Part shown: positions 11,046 through 24,439 of the stretch, piece by piece
Position numbering within the stretch: position 1 is the stretch's first letter
Layout of the letters: the number at the start of each line of letters is the position of its first letter
Assembly (NCBI RefSeq): GCF_046119375.1
Contig: NW_027362763.1
Location: forward strand, 468,162,001 to 468,226,000
Reading direction: 5' to 3'
Origin: Phyllobates terribilis
Taxonomy: Eukaryota
DNA length: 64,000 bases
Notes under the pieces: model-generated
What the model was told of the DNA's origin: nothing
What the model saw: only the letters and a program-made list of their open reading frames with translations
Databases searched by the model: none
Position numbers and translations under genes: made by a program

Positions 11046-12013
11046 TTCACACTGCACACATACAAAAAAAACACTTATACTCACCTTTCTTCCCTGTGCT
11101 CCAGCGCCGCCGCGTCCTGTTCTGCCGGAGGCCGGGGGAGGAGTTAAGCGCCGGAGTACGCGCGTGCCCATACCGCACTGTCCGGCGCCATTTTACTGAA
11201 GACACTCTGCAAATGTGTCTTCAGTAAAATAGCGCCGGATAGCGCTATGCGCATTCGCCGATTCCGACGGCGCATTCATCTCCCAGCTACCGGCCCGAAG
11301 ACACAGCGCGGTCTCCTGGATGTGTGGTGAGTTGTTAGGGTGCCAGAGATCGCGGTATGTGTTCAGTGCTTACGCATACCGCGATCTCTGGGGCCACAAT
11401 CTCCATTCTAAACTCCTCGTTTAGGATGGGGATGCGTTCCTCTGTGGGGTCAAGACTGCGCAGGCACGTCGCGCTTGCGCAGTCTGTAGAGGCTTCAGAC
11501 TGAGGGACGCTTGTACGATTATATTATAGATTTACCGGTAACTACCGGTGGGTGTAGTTTTATTACCCCTCTACTTTTTCATCTACTGTAGTCAAAGGCA
11601 ACGGAGAAATACAGTGAGAGATGGTTCGGCTATTAACCCCTTCACCTCAAAGCCTGTTTTCACCTTCCTGACAGGCCAATTTTTTTTTTATTTTGACCAG
11701 TGTCATTTTATATGGTAATAACTTTGGAACGCTTCAACGGATCCCAGTAAATCTGAGATATTGAACCTCAATGATAGTGGTAAAATTTCTTTGATATGAC
11801 TTGTGTCTATTTGTGAAAAATCGGAAATTTGGCAAAAATTTGCAATTTTCAAACTTTTCATTTTTATGCCCTTAAATCAGTTATGTCACACAAAATAGTT
11901 AATAAATAAAATTTCCCACATGTCTACTTTACATCACCACAATTTTGTAAACATAATTTTTTTGTTAGGAAGTTAGAAGGGATAAAAGTTGACCAGCAAT
12001 TTCTCATTTTTAC

Positions 12014-14941
12014 CAGGGCTGTGGAGTCGGAGTCGGAGTCGTGGAGTCGGAGTTAGTTTTGGTTGGAGTCGGAGTCGGTAGAAATGTACCGACTCCGACT
12101 CCAGCTTTAAAAAAAATTTATAAATATTTCATAATTGAACTTTCATATGAATTTTATAAATATTACTCAAATATATATGTTCTATCAAACTATGAACAAC
12201 AGTGATAAGCAGTTCTGCTGGAGATAGAGACATTTCTTACTTCTTGTGTGTCACTGTTCTCCACTGCCCTTATCTAATCTTATACTTGGTTAACCTCATG
12301 CTGCCCCAACCCCCCTACTTACAATGTATGAAACTGAAAGTGAAAATGTGTTGCAAATTCTTAGTAGTAAAGCTCCTCCTCTAGACTAGATGTTTACTAG
12401 GTGTGCATCTTCCAAGAATCTCACAGCTGCTACTCAGAAGAGGAAGACTGTAAGAAGTATTATCCTTTCAACAAACTTTGCATCAGTTAACTGTGAGTAC
12501 ATGAGGAATAACAGTATTACTGACCACTATATCAGTTGTACGACCTGGCAATAATTTTGTACAATTGTTTTTAGGAAAAACAATTGTCATTTGGATTGTG
12601 AATGCAGAATTAAAAACCTGAGAATGTCAAAGAAGCGTCACATTAAATCAGCTGTATTTGAACATTTCACCATCACTCAAGATAGAAAACATTATGTCTG
12701 TCAGTGTATGACAAATGATCCAGATGAAAACAAATGCTGTGAAGCCAAGATCAGTGCATATTCAGGCAAAGATAAAAATGCTCCTACCAGAGCTTCTAAC
12801 CTAAAGAGACATTTACAGCGCTTTCATCCAGAAGTACTGAAAGCAGTGGATGAGAAAGACTGCATCCAAACCAATGAACCAGTGCCCAGCTCTTCCAGCC
12901 AAACAAAGGAGCAGAGAACTTTGCAGCCATCAGTTGCAAGATATTTTGTCAGTGACAAAGTTACTGTGACAATGACAGTAGATACATTTAAAAAAACAGA
13001 TCATAGAGCTTGTTGTAAAGGATAGTGTGCCTATTTCATTATTTTCACGACCAGCTTTTATGTGTCTGAATGGGGAAATGGCCCGCAAGCTTGGTGTTTC
13101 TCTGGAGAGAGAGAGTATTAGAAAATTAGTAATCAAAGAAGCTTTTAAACAAAAGGAAGAACTTAAAAAAACTCTCAAGGGACGCTTTCTGTTTCTTAAA
13201 ATGGATGCCTGCACACGTCACAGAGTGAACTATTTTGCCATCAATGTCCGATTTGTTTGTGACAAAAATGAAATAGTTACCAAGACATTGGCAGTAAAAG
13301 ACACCAAAGCTCATCACACCAGTGAGTTTCTCCAGGTCTTGGTGGAAAAGGTTCTGCAAGACTATGAACTTAAAAAAGAACAAGTTCTTTCTGTCGTAAC
13401 TGACAATGCTTCAAATATGATAAGTACTATTAAGCTAATGAATGAGAGTAATGATGGTGACAAGCAGCTAGAAGAACATTCTGGGTCCACAGACACAGAA
13501 ATGTTTGAAATAGAGGAACACAGTATTGTAACTGAGGAGCAAACTGAAGTTGCTTCAGATGAACAGCAACATGATAGTTTAGATGATCTTGTTGAAACTG
13601 TGTCAATACGTTCTTTCATTCATCACATGCGCTGTGCTGTGCATACGCTACAGCTGGCTATAAGAGACAGTCTGCAAGAAGGACATGCTGCTGCACTGAT
13701 TGGCAAGGTGAGAAAATTGGCTACTGTTGCCAGAACCCCTAAAGTTGACTCAATTTTGAAGAGACTGCTGGAAAAGGGGCAATTATTGATCAAGCCACAC
13801 GATGGGGCAGTACTTACTGAATGATTCAGCGCTTGGTTGAACTGAAAACCTTTCTTGTAGACATGGCTAACCCTCACCTGACGCTAAATGAAAGTTAGTG
13901 GAATCAGGTGACTGAGCTGGAAAAATTGCTAGAGCACCCATTTACAGTGACTAAAAAATTACAAGCAGAGGACTTAACTCCAGGTATTTTCTTAAAGGAG
14001 TGGAAGAACCTGATGTTTCGCCTGTCCCAAAGAGGAGGGTTAATTGCAAGTGGCATTGCTACATCAATGAAACGGAGAGAGGAGCTACTATTACAAAATA
14101 ACATTCTTTTGGCAGCTGTTTATGTAGACCCAATGCATCGGATTCTTCTAGATGATCAACAGCTAACTAAAGGAAAAGAAGCTCTGTTTGAAATAGCAGT
14201 AAGGATGAAAGGGTTGCAGAACAGTGAGGAGGAACAAGAAGAATTTGGTCGTCCTGCCACATCTTCACCCTCATCATCAACTGATGAAGAATTTAATTTC
14301 GAAAAATATTTGGATCACAAGGACCGTGCAAAGCGTTCCCGCATAGAAGAGTCATCCCCATCAAAGAACACAGCCAGTACATTTCAGCAGAATTTTTCAT
14401 GTGCACTAAAAGAAATTGAGAAATTTGACCGTTCATCAAAAATAACAGTGCAACAAGCGATTCCTCTGTATCCTGACATTGTCAGAGATGTTGCCCGAGT
14501 GGTTACTGCTTTGCCACCAACCCAAGTTAGTGTAGAGAGGTTGTTCTCTGCTCTCAAAATAATTAGATCAGATTTGAGGGCATCCATGAAGGAGGATCTG
14601 ACAGAGGAAATACTTTTTCTGAGGACAAATTTATAGATTTCTTCTTATTAACTGCATAACAGTGTTTATTGCATATTTACTTACAAGAGTTTAGAAAAGT
14701 TTATAAAAGTTATTTGCTATATTCTAATTGTATTCTAATAAATATAGTTTTTGCTCTAAGTGGTCTGATTACTTATATGATGGTGAGAAACTGAATAAGC
14801 ACGATGTTAATATTTTACAACAGTAAATTTATTGTTACGAATTGGCCATTTATGAAGGAGTCGGAGCCGGAGTCGGAGTCGGAACCTGATAAAATCCAGG
14901 AGTCGGAGTCACAACTGTGGCTTACCGACTCCACAGCCCTG
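12014..14941 (+). mobile_element. hAT DNA transposon, full length and young
   Basis: 17-bp perfect TIR CAGGGCTGTGGAGTCGG, perfect 8-bp TSD ATTTTTAC (12006-12013 / 14942-14949), and subterminal (GGAGTC)n arrays. Confidence 0.97.
12624..14636 (+). pseudogene. hAT transposase (BED finger, DDE core, C-terminal dimerisation domain)
   Basis: VFEHF..C..C..NLKRHL..FH (BED); KMDAC, VTDNASN, RCAVHTLQL, TRWGS, PPTQVSVERLFS. Frameshifts near 12995 and 13765 and a stop near 13896. Confidence 0.93.
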
Positions 14942-15189
14942 ATTTTTACAGCAACATTTAGAAAACCATTTTTTTAGGGACCACATCACATTTGAAGTGA
15001 CTTTGAGGGGTTTATATGACAGACAATACCCAAAACTGACACCATTCTAAAAATTGCACCCCTCAAGGTGCTCAAAACCACATTAAAGAAGTTTATTAAT
15101 CCTTCAGGTGCTTAACATGAATTAATGGAATGTGGAAGGAAAAAACAAACATTTATCTTTTTGTTTCATAAAAATTTTCTTTTAGACCC

Positions 15190-16260
15190 AATTTTTTTTA
15201 CTTTCACAAGGGTAACAGGAGAAAATGGACCCCAAAATGTTTTGTGAAATTTCTCCTGAGCACACTGATACCCCATATGTGAGGAAAACTACTGTTAGGG
15301 AGTACGGCAGGGCTCGGAAGGGAAGGAACGCTATTTGACTTTTTGAATGTAAAATTTGATTGCATAATTAGCGGACACCATGTCGCATTTGGAGAGCCCC
15401 TGATGAGCCTAAACAGTGGAAACTCCCCACAAGTGACACCCTTTTGAAAACTAGACCCCTCAGGGAACTTGTCTAGATGTGCGGTGAGCACCTTGAAAAC
15501 CCAGGTGCTTCACAGAAGTTTATAACGTTGAGCCATGAAAATAAAAAAAACACATTTTTCCCACAAAAATGTTTTTTAGTCCCAAATTTTGCATTTTCAT
15601 AAGGTAACAAGAGAAATTGCACAATAGAATTTGTTGTGCAATTTCTCCTGAGTATGTTGATACCAAATATATGGAGGAAAACTACTGTTTGGTCACACGG
15701 CAGGGCTTGGAAGGGAAGGAGCGCCATTTGACTTTTTGGAATGCAAAACTTGCTGGAACAATTAATCTTCACCATGTCGCATTTGGAGAGCCCCTGATGT
15801 GCCTAAACAGTGGAAACCCCCCACATGTGACACCATTTTGGAAACTAGACCCCTCAGAGAACTTATCTAGATGTGTGGTGAGCACCTTGAACCCCCAGGT
15901 GCTTCACAGAAGTGTATAACGTTGAGCCATGAAAATAAAAAAAAATCAAATTTTTCCCACAAAAATGTTTTTTTTAGCCCCAAATTTTGCATTTTCACAA
16001 GGGTAACAGGAGAAAATGGACCCCAAAAATTGTTTTGCAATTTCTCTTGAGTACACAAATACCCCATATGTAGGTGAAAACCACTGGTTTTGCATGGCAG
16101 GGCTCAGAAAGGAAGGAGTGACATTTTGGAATGCAAATTTTGATGGAATGGTCTGCAGGTGTCAAGTTGCATTTGGAGAGCCCCTGATGTGCCTAAATAG
16201 TAGAAATCCCCCACAAGTGACCCCATTTTGAAAATTATACCCCTTTGGGAATTTATATAA
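15190..16260. repeat. ~395-bp direct tandem repeat (about 2.7 copies) inside the piggyBac-type element
   Basis: GTAACA.GAGAAA..G starts recur at ~15212, 15604 and 16002. Confidence 0.8.
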
Positions 16261-16584
16261 AGGTGTAGTGATGATTTTAACTCCATGGGTGTTTTCCAGA
16301 AACAAGTAGTAGTGGATGTTGCTGAGTGAAAATTGCAAACTGCCATTGTAGTGACCAGTACATTGTAGTAACCAGTACATTGTAGTGGCCAGTACGTTGT
16401 AGTGTCCAGCTCATGCTTCTGGAGACACACACCCGTAAATTAGGCAGGCTCTCATCGCTACAGAAATGCTAAACATGTGGATGTTAAATGTGATTTAGAC
16501 ACATTGGGGCTCAAAAGGGAGGGGCGCATTTGGATTTGGGAGCGCAGAATTTGCTGAATTTATTTTGTGAGGCAAGGAGCCATA

Positions 16585-17210
16585 TGTCACGCTGTCTCTG
16601 TATACTGGAGGTAGGGGGCCTAAACTGACCCTAAGCTGGGGCCCTGACTAATCCCTCAACCTGGAGGTACTGTTAAAGGTACAGAGGTCCAGGCCGCCAG
16701 CGTAACCCCTACCTCCTGAGGATCCCTGCACCTAAGTAATCTAGTCCTGAGAAGGACCCCGATCACAACAAAAGGGGACAAGTAATAATATGCCCACACA
16801 CAGTACTTAGACGAACGAGACAGTACAAGGGAAAAACCAAAACCACCTTGCATACAAAAACTACACAACTACAACAGAGGGAACACCAACGGGAAAGGAG
16901 ATAAATGATAAAGCGAGGAAGGGAAAAAACGCTCCAAATACACTTATCTCTGAAACTCCAAATACCACGATCCGCTCTGTTAGTCTGCATGAAATGCTTT
17001 CACCGACACTTCCCTAACAGACCAGCAGGCATTTGAAGGAGTCTCACTACAGCAGCATTGATTGCAGCTGGGCGAGGCTGGACCTCGTCTAGCACAGAGA
17101 GAGAGAGAATTAACTCCCTCACTGCCGAAAAACACAAAGCACCAAAAAGTCAGCTGCGAGAAGTCAGGCTGTGTAATCGTGACGATCTTCGTGGCGACAC
17201 ACCCGTGACA
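16585..17210. mobile_element. Solo LTR (626 bp)
   Basis: TGTCACG...CGTGACA termini and perfect 5-bp TSD CCATA (16580-16584 / 17211-17215). Confidence 0.9.
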
Positions 17211-17354
17211 CCATAGCGCTTTTTCTTAGCTTTTGTACTACCAATAACGTGGAAGCCCTCTATATTTCTGTTGACAGATGACGACCTGAGTGGGGACTTT
17301 TTTTGTAGATAGAGTTGAAGCTTTTATTGGAACATTTTACATAACATTTTGGAT

Positions 17355-17735
17355 CATATTTATCCTGCGCTCTATGCTGAGCACTTATATTGGAGTTTTC
17401 ATCTAAATCTCTGAGTGACGTGATTCAGATGAAACCCCCGATGGATCCATTCACTATAATGAGGCAGCAGAGTTACTCTGGACTGTCTGGCCTCGGATCA
17501 GCAGTGTCCTTCTTTTTAGAAGTGCACATAACTGGGGCCGAACTTTTATGCATGCCTTAAAAGACTGACACCTCCGGATCACAGGCCAGACAGAGTCCAC
17601 AGTGCCTCCATCTGCCTCATTATAGGGAATCTTCCTCTGGGGGTTCCGTCTGAATCATGTATTTCAGAGATTTACATGGAAACCCCAGTGTAAGTGCTTA
17701 GCATAGAGTGCAAGATAAATGTGCGTCGAGCCTTA
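17355..17735. mobile_element. Palindromic MITE (Harbinger-like right end, left end lost)
   Basis: Arms GCGCTCTATGCTGAGCACTTA / TAAGTGCTTAGCATAGAGTGC. Right end GATAAATGTGCGTCGAGCCTTA. Confidence 0.55.
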
Positions 17736-17865
17736 CTGCAATCTTTGGGAGGCAGAATGAACAAATCAAAGCAGGTGAAGAATTGGTTTTGTTTCTTACA
17801 CTGTTCATTGTGCGGTATAAGTGATTAGATTACTTTATTTTTCGAGTCGGTGCGATTACAGTGAT

Positions 17866-18025
17866 ACCAAATGTGAAGAAATGGCACCAGAGGGACACCG
17901 CAGAATCCCACTGCTGCCACCAATGTGAAAAAATGGCACCAGAGGGACCTCACAGAATACCACCGCTGCCACCAATGTGAAGAAATGGCAGCAGAGACCA
18001 CACAGAATCCCACCTCTGCCAATTG
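17866..18025. repeat. ~51-bp tandem repeat, 3 copies
   Basis: AATGTGAAGAAATGGCACCAGAGGGAC..CAGAATCCCAC.GCTGCCACC occurs three times. Confidence 0.8.
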
Positions 18026-18055
18026 TGATGGATCCACACCCCGCCACCCACCTGA

Positions 18056-19381
18056 TGTCACAATTACGTCAGACGGAGCACGTGATACGGATCTGCCCTT
18101 TGCCCCAACGTGATGTTCCGCATCCCCTCAAGGACGCGTAAGGTCAGATTGGTACAGTTCTACACAGACATACCCTGTCCACACGGGTACAGGAAGGCAC
18201 CAGGGAGTGAGAAGAGGTGGTCCACTCAGTCACTGACGTGGCACCACACTCGCTCACACCCGTGACAGGCTGAGAGGCTCCTTCACTAGCTCCAGTGAAG
18301 CAGAGCCTGGTCGGCCTGGGAGAGCTGCCACCAGTTTCTATTAGATATAACAGAATTATATCAGGCTAGAAACCAGCCCGTTAGCGTGTTTATTTGAACC
18401 GAACAACAGATGGGAGGGTTCGTGGATCGAGATAAAAGAGCAGCCCAAGGTTAAATTATATATTTAATCACCTTAGGGGCACACTAGACAATACACTATA
18501 TACATGAGGGTTATACATACATAATGGTCAGAGATGCAAACACAATAGTAGGGGTACAAAAGATATAAAGTTATTAAGAGTCAGTTACCAGTCAGATGGA
18601 CGACCTGGCTTTCCGGGAAAGAGCTGCCACATGGGAGGCTTGTGGTGTCCTCTCTTTGTTGCAGGACTTCTCCCACAAGAGATGACGTCACAACCTCCGA
18701 AGCAAAAAGACAATGAAGCCAGGGCTGCTGGGGTGTTATGATCTGCAACAAGTACTAAGGAAAGAAGGGTAAAGCTGTCCCTACAGTAAGACTAAGCTGA
18801 ATCCCTACGATGTAGCGGGCTGACTGTTCCTAGCAAACAGACCCGCCTTAGTCCTCGGCTAGTCTGAACGAAGACCTATAGCATAAGGAGAGGGGTCCCT
18901 AAAAGAACTAAGGACTGGGACAAAAATGGTACACCTCCTAAACAGAGAAGTTGTTGCAGAACACAAAAGACAAACTGACAAAAAGGTACTAAAGGTCCCA
19001 GAAGGACCAAGCAAACTGACAGAGAAAGGCACCAAAACACTTGGCTAGAGAAATAGTCAAACACTGAAGTCCAGCACAGCCAAAAGGGCGGAGCTGGAAT
19101 ATAAAGGCAGATGGTCACATGACCGCAAAATACAAGATGGAAAAACAGCACCCCCTCTTTTATGAGGATCCTCTGGATCCTCCAGGCCTATCCGGAAACC
19201 TCTTGTGGAAAGCTTTAACAAGCCTAGGAGCAGAGACATCATCCGTCCTTACCCAGGAGTTGTCTTCAGGACCGAAACCCTTCCAGGAGACAAGATACTG
19301 TAATCTCCCTCTATGCCATCTAGAATTCAAGATATGAGAAATTTCATATTCGCCGTCTTCCACCACTATGGGACATGATCT
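18056..19381 (-). mobile_element. 3' end of a second chromovirus-type Gypsy (chromodomain, PPT, LTR)
   Basis: Chromodomain ORF at 19160-19366. Minus-strand PPT AAAAGAGGGGGTGC precedes TG at 19146. The distal LTR end (TGTCAC at 18056) is uncertain. Confidence 0.75.
19160..19366 (-). pseudogene. Integrase C-terminal chromodomain fragment
   Basis: EYEISHILNSRWHRGRLQYLVSWKGFGPEDNSWV..V.APRLV..FH. Confidence 0.9.
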
Positions 19382-19980
19382 TTACAGCGACAGATCGCTG
19401 ATCTGATACTGTGCAATGTGTCTGCTAGCACCGATCTTGGCCGTTGCTGCAGGGTGCCAGCTCTCATATAGAGCTGACACCCGCACTCGATCACGGTGGC
19501 CCTCAACGTGAGCCTGTGCGATCACTGCGCTGTATATATAAGGCGGTTTGCGGGAACGCAGCATATACGGCGCATGCCATGAGGGGGTTAAGGGGTGGAG
19601 GAGGCTTTTTTCACCCCTCTTTTTAATTTTGTATTTTATACAAGTTGTTGTACAAGCAAGAATGTTTTCTAACATTTTTTCCTGTAAAATCCATTTTATC
19701 TTCGGTTTTGTATGTTTTATTGTCAGTCCGTAAAAGTTGCGTAATACTCAACGTTGTTCCTAGCAGTGACCTGGAATCAGCGATACATCCATGGCATGCT
19801 GCTCCCATGTCACTTGAGAGCTATTTCCATCCATTTCAGCCATGTCTCTACCCCCTTCCCAGCCGTTCTGTCAGGGTCTTCCCATTGACTACCATTATAC
19901 TCGTTGCTGGAGTTGAGCCCGCCCGAGCGGCTCCATTCGAGTACTGAGCATTCGAGCATTTTAGTGCTCGCTCATCTCTA

Positions 19981-20944
19981 TTCACAACGGTTTCTGCATC
20001 ACTTCAATTGGATGTACGTATGTGTAATATCCTGAATATGTTTGTGTCACCATGTGTTTTATTGACCTATATCCTATTCATGCAGTTACTTTCTTATCCT
20101 ATTTTGTTCCTTAGCTCACTTTGACGTCATCACTATGTGTATACTAATTGTATCTTTCTCTCCTCAGATCCCTAAACTTCAGAGCCTATAGCACCCCCTC
20201 CTCATGTGACCATACAGGTAGTATAGCGTCCAGCCCAACATATAGCCCACATATATCGCTAATCTAGTCACTGTCCTGCAGCCTCTCCCTGCCCCGGCTC
20301 CCTGCTTCCAGCATCAGTCACACTATCTGTGTTCCTCCTCCTCTTCCATCCTTTTCCAACATTCCATCTCATGGCTTCTTCTCTCTCTGGACGCCGCTTA
20401 CTACGAGTCTCCATGGTAACCCCCCAGGAGCCCCACATTCTTTAGTCTCTCCACACGCTGTTATCTAGGCCACGCCCACATCAGTGACGCTACGCACGAG
20501 CCTCTCCCACACTGCCTTGTTGTTTAATCAGCTACGTTGTATTCACGTCACTTCCGGTATACGACGCGGCCCCTGATCACTTCCGGGCATTTGTAGCAGT
20601 GTGTGCCCGATACACCCGGAGCGGCGGCCTCGCACCAGTCCCACGGCTTATACCCGGCAGTATTTCCTTGCTGCACACAGGTAATCAGCTGTCCAGTGTA
20701 TATGTATGTATGTGTACACTACCTGCAATACCTTCCTGTACGCACTCGTATCTCCATATGCATTTATTACTATTACATCTCTATACACCATGTGCATGTA
20801 TTGTAAATCATTCATTCATATATTCCATTCTGCTGACTGAATTAACCCCTTGTATACTCTTTCTATATATGTATGTATGTATATATAAGTTCTACATATC
20901 CTTCTGCCTCACTGCTTTCTCCCCCCTTCCTCCTTTCCTTTGCT
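19981..20944 (+). mobile_element. Penelope-like element 3' non-coding tail fragment
   Basis: 19981-20270 aligns to 33222-33540, which directly follows the GIY-YIG region. Confidence 0.65.
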
Positions 20945-20948
20945 TTAA

Positions 20949-23514
20949 CCCCTTTACCCCCGAGGGTGGTTTGCACGTTAATGACCGGGCCAATTTTTTC
21001 AATTCTGACCACTGTCACTTTATGAGGTAATAACTCTGGAACGCTTCAACGGATCCCACTGATTCTGAGAATGTTTTTTCGTGACATATTGTACTTCACG
21101 ATTGTGGTAAAATTTCTTCGATATCACTTGCGTTTATTTGTGAAAAAAAAATGGAAATTTGGCAAAAATTTAGCAATTTTCAAAATTTGAATTTTTATGG
21201 TCTTAAACCAGAGAGATATGTCACACAAAATAGTTAATAAATAACATTTCCCACATGACTGCGTTACATCAGCACAATTTTGGAACAAACATTTTTTTTT
21301 TGTTAGGGAGTAGCGTTGAGCGAGTATGTTCTGTCCGAGTATTTACAGCTGCTCCAGTGATATGCTTGAATCCCTCCCGTGTCCATGATTTGCGACTGTT
21401 TGGCATCTTTATTACATGGGAGGAATGTGTAAGAAATAGACATTCCTCACATGTAATAAAACTGTCAAACAGTCGCAAATCATGGACACGGGAGGGATTC
21501 AAGCATATCACCGAGCAGCTGTAAATACTCGGTGCTCGGCCAAGCATATTTGGCGAAAGGGTTAACGAAACATACTGCTCATCATTATTAGGGAGCTATA
21601 AGGGTTAAAAGTTGACCAGTGATTTTCTCATTTTTCGAACAAAATTTACAAAACCGTTTTTTTTTTTAGGCACCACATCACATTTGAAGTCACTTTGAGG
21701 GTTCTATATGACAGAAAATACCCGAAAGTGACCCCATTCTAAAAACTTCACCCCTCAAGGTGCTCAAAACTGCATTCAAGAATTTTATTAACCCTTCAGG
21801 TGCTTCACAGGAATTTTTGGAATGTGGAAGAAAATAATTAACATTTAACTTTTTTTACAAAAATGTTACCTTAGACCCAATTTCTTTTATTTTCGCAGGG
21901 GTAACAGGAAAAACTGGACCCCAAAATTTGCTGTGCAATTTCCCCTGAGCATGCAGATACCCCATATGTGGGGAAAAACCACTGTTTGGGTGCACAGCAG
22001 GTTTCAGAAGGGAAGGAGCGCCATTTCATTTTTTTAATGTAAAATTTGCTTGAATAATTAGCAGTCGCCATGCTGCGTTTGGGGAGCCCCTAATGTGCTT
22101 AAACAGTGAATCCCCCCCATAAGTAACACCATTTTGGAAACTAGACCCCTCAGGGAACTTATCTAGATGGTGGTAGGCACCTTGAACCCCCAGGTGTTTC
22201 ACAGAAGTTTAGAACATTGAGCCGTGAAAATAAAATGTTCACATTTTTCCCATAAAAATGTTTTTCAGCCCCCAGTTTTGTATTTTCATAAGGGTAACCG
22301 GAGAAATTGCACCATGTAACTTGTTGTGCAATCTCTCCTGAGTAAGCAGATACCCCATATGTGGGGAAAAACTACTGTTTTGGCGCACGGCAGGGCTCAG
22401 AAGTGAAGGAGCGCCATTTGACCTTTTGAATGTAAAATTTGCTTGAATAATTAGCGGATGTGCCCCTGATGTGCCTAAACAGTGGAAAACCCCCACAAAT
22501 GACACCATTTTCGAAACTAGACCCCCTCAGAGAACTTATCTAGATGTGTGGTGAGCACCCTGAACCCTCAAGTGCTTTACAGAAGTTTATAACATTGAGC
22601 CGTGAAAATAAAAAAAATCTATCTTTTTCCACAAAAAACAATGTTTTAGCCCCAATTTTTTTATTTTCACAAGGGTAAGAGGAGAAAATGGACCCCAAAA
22701 TCTTTTGTGCAATTTCTCCTGAGTACGCCATTACCCCATATGTGGGGAAAATGCAGTGTTTGGGCGCACGGCATAGTTCAGAAGGGAAGGAGCACTGTGT
22801 GACTTTTTGAACGCAAAATTGGCTGGAATTGAGAGCGGACGCCATGTCATGTTTGGAGAGCCCCTGATGTGCCCAAATAGTGGAAACCCCCCACAAGTGA
22901 CCCCATTTTGGAAACTACACCCCTCAAGGATTTTATCAAGGGGTATAGTGAACATTTTGAACCCAGAGGAACTACACAGAATTTGATAAAATTAGGTCAT
23001 CATATTGAATAAGTTGTCATTAGTCTTGAGCGCAAGTGCTCGCTACTTGAGTTTTCATCAAGTACACGGGTATGCACCATGTATTGTGCTTGCTCGAGTG
23101 ACATGCTGAAGTACCCGCTCACATGTTTCATGATTATTTAAAAAACCATGTGGTGATCGCTTGTGCATGGCAGGCAATCCCCGCAAGTTGTTTTTTTTTG
23201 GCCGCGAAGCATATGGGGCGGAGACTCGAGCTTGTCACTCGAGCACCCGCGATACTCCGTGCATACCCGAGCACCCGATGCAAACTCAAGTAGCTTCGAT
23301 TGCAGTATTGCGGGGGTTAATGTGCCTGGAGCGGTGCTGGACCGCTCCCAGCACATAGCACCGGGTGTCAGCTGTGACAATCAGCTGACACCCAGCTGCG
23401 ATCGCGTCCGCACAGCCTGTGTGATGGCGAAATCAACAGGGCATACTAATACATACCTGGCTCTTAAAGCCCGGGGCGCAGGTACATATTAGTACGCCCT
23501 GGGCTTTTAAGGGG
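20949..23514. mobile_element. Non-autonomous piggyBac-type element (internally deleted relative of 54587-59813)
   Basis: TTAA|CCCCTT...AAGGGG|TTAA. Contains ~390-bp direct repeats at 21901, 22294 and 22676. Confidence 0.85.
21311..21587. mobile_element. hAT-type palindromic MITE
   Basis: TAGCGTTGAGCG...GCTCATCATTA termini, perfect 8-bp TSD TTAGGGAG, long internal hairpin. Same family as 32018-32326. Confidence 0.9.
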
Positions 23515-23789
23515 TTAACTCCCTCAATCCAAGTTTCAGGATGTATTATTCTTGTTTCAGATACTCCCCTCCTCCTGTATGGTGTGGGTTATTTCTATAC
23601 ATATTAGTTATTTTACTTCATTGTACAATGCTGCAGTTGGTTTCTTATTCGTCCAGTTTCTTATTTGGCAATTTGCTTTTTTCTGTTTTTTACAGGTTTA
23701 ACGACAAAAAAAAAAAAAATACAACAATAAAATACAATGCAGCGAGGTTCCCTGATATGAATACACTTAAAAGCAACTACAAAAATTAT

Positions 23790-24437
23790 AAACTGGCACA
23801 AAAATAGGCATCAAAGTGGGCACCGAAGGATGTTATTGAAAGGGTTCAAAGACTTTGGGCCGCTGATCTCACACCACCATTACATACATAGTGATTCCAG
23901 CATCAAATTCAGGTTACTCCAGCCTGGCCCAAATGGGTTCTGGACATCATAACTGGCATCAAAGTGAACAAATAGTCAATTTGAATAAGTAACTGGTGTT
24001 TTACAGGGCTTAGATGACTTTGGGCCACTAATCTCACACCACCAATACACAAATAGTGACAACCCGCATCAAAATCAGGCCACTCCAGCCTGGCTTGAAT
24101 GTGTTCTGGGCATCAGAACGGGCATAAAAGTGGACAAATAGTCCACTTGTGAATACGTTTAAAAGAAGCTATAAAAGTCATAAAACTGGCACAAAAATGG
24201 GACTGGCACTGAAGGGCTTTATTGAAAGGGTTAAGTTACTTTGTGCCACTGATCTCACACTGCAGGCACCCAGATAGTGGTGCCCCACATCTAATTCAGG
24301 TCACTCCAGCCTGGCCCGAATGTGTTCTGGGCATCAAAGTGGGCAAATAGTCAAATCTGTGAAAATTGGCTATTTGCCCACTTTGCCTTTAAATAAAGCC
24401 CTTCAGTGCCAGTTTTATGACTTTTATAGCTGCTTTT
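23790..24437. repeat. Degenerate ~165-220-bp tandem repeat (3 copies) ending in a short inverted copy
   Basis: ATCTCACACC and CATCAAAGTGG.CAAATAGTC recur. 24368-24437 is the reverse complement of pieces of 24160-24350. Confidence 0.65.
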
Positions 24438-24439
24438 AA

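Larger units (their letters stand above)
3698..11530 (-). mobile_element. Non-autonomous Helitron with central minisatellite, interrupted by a Gypsy element
   Basis: Minus strand begins TCTATAATAT (11530) and ends ...GGGCTCAATAGCTAG (3698). It sits between A3697 and T11531 with no TSD. The empty site is visible in the paralogue TAAAATTGCA|TTCACCGGTGGGTGTAG (35361-35387). Confidence 0.8.
11637..19587. mobile_element. Non-autonomous piggyBac-type element with nested insertions
   Basis: TTAA|CCCCTT...GAGGGGG|TTAA. Interior is homologous to 20949-23514 and 54587-59813. Confidence 0.7.
2518..19980 (+). mobile_element. 3' part of a large hAT element, split by nested insertions (segments 2518-3697, 11531-11636, 19588-19980)
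   Basis: The segments are collinear with the paralogous 3' regions at 34930-35675 and 63400-63773. Ends in right TIR TTTAGTGCTCGCTCATCTCTA at 19980. Confidence 0.7.

Noticed and set aside
9398-11227. Long Pro/Trp-rich ORFs up to 442 aa
   Set aside because: They arise from a stop-poor minisatellite that is open in several frames on both strands.
12591-14636. Domesticated ZBED host gene
   Set aside because: It has frameshifts and a stop, and intact TIRs and TSD show it is a transposon copy.
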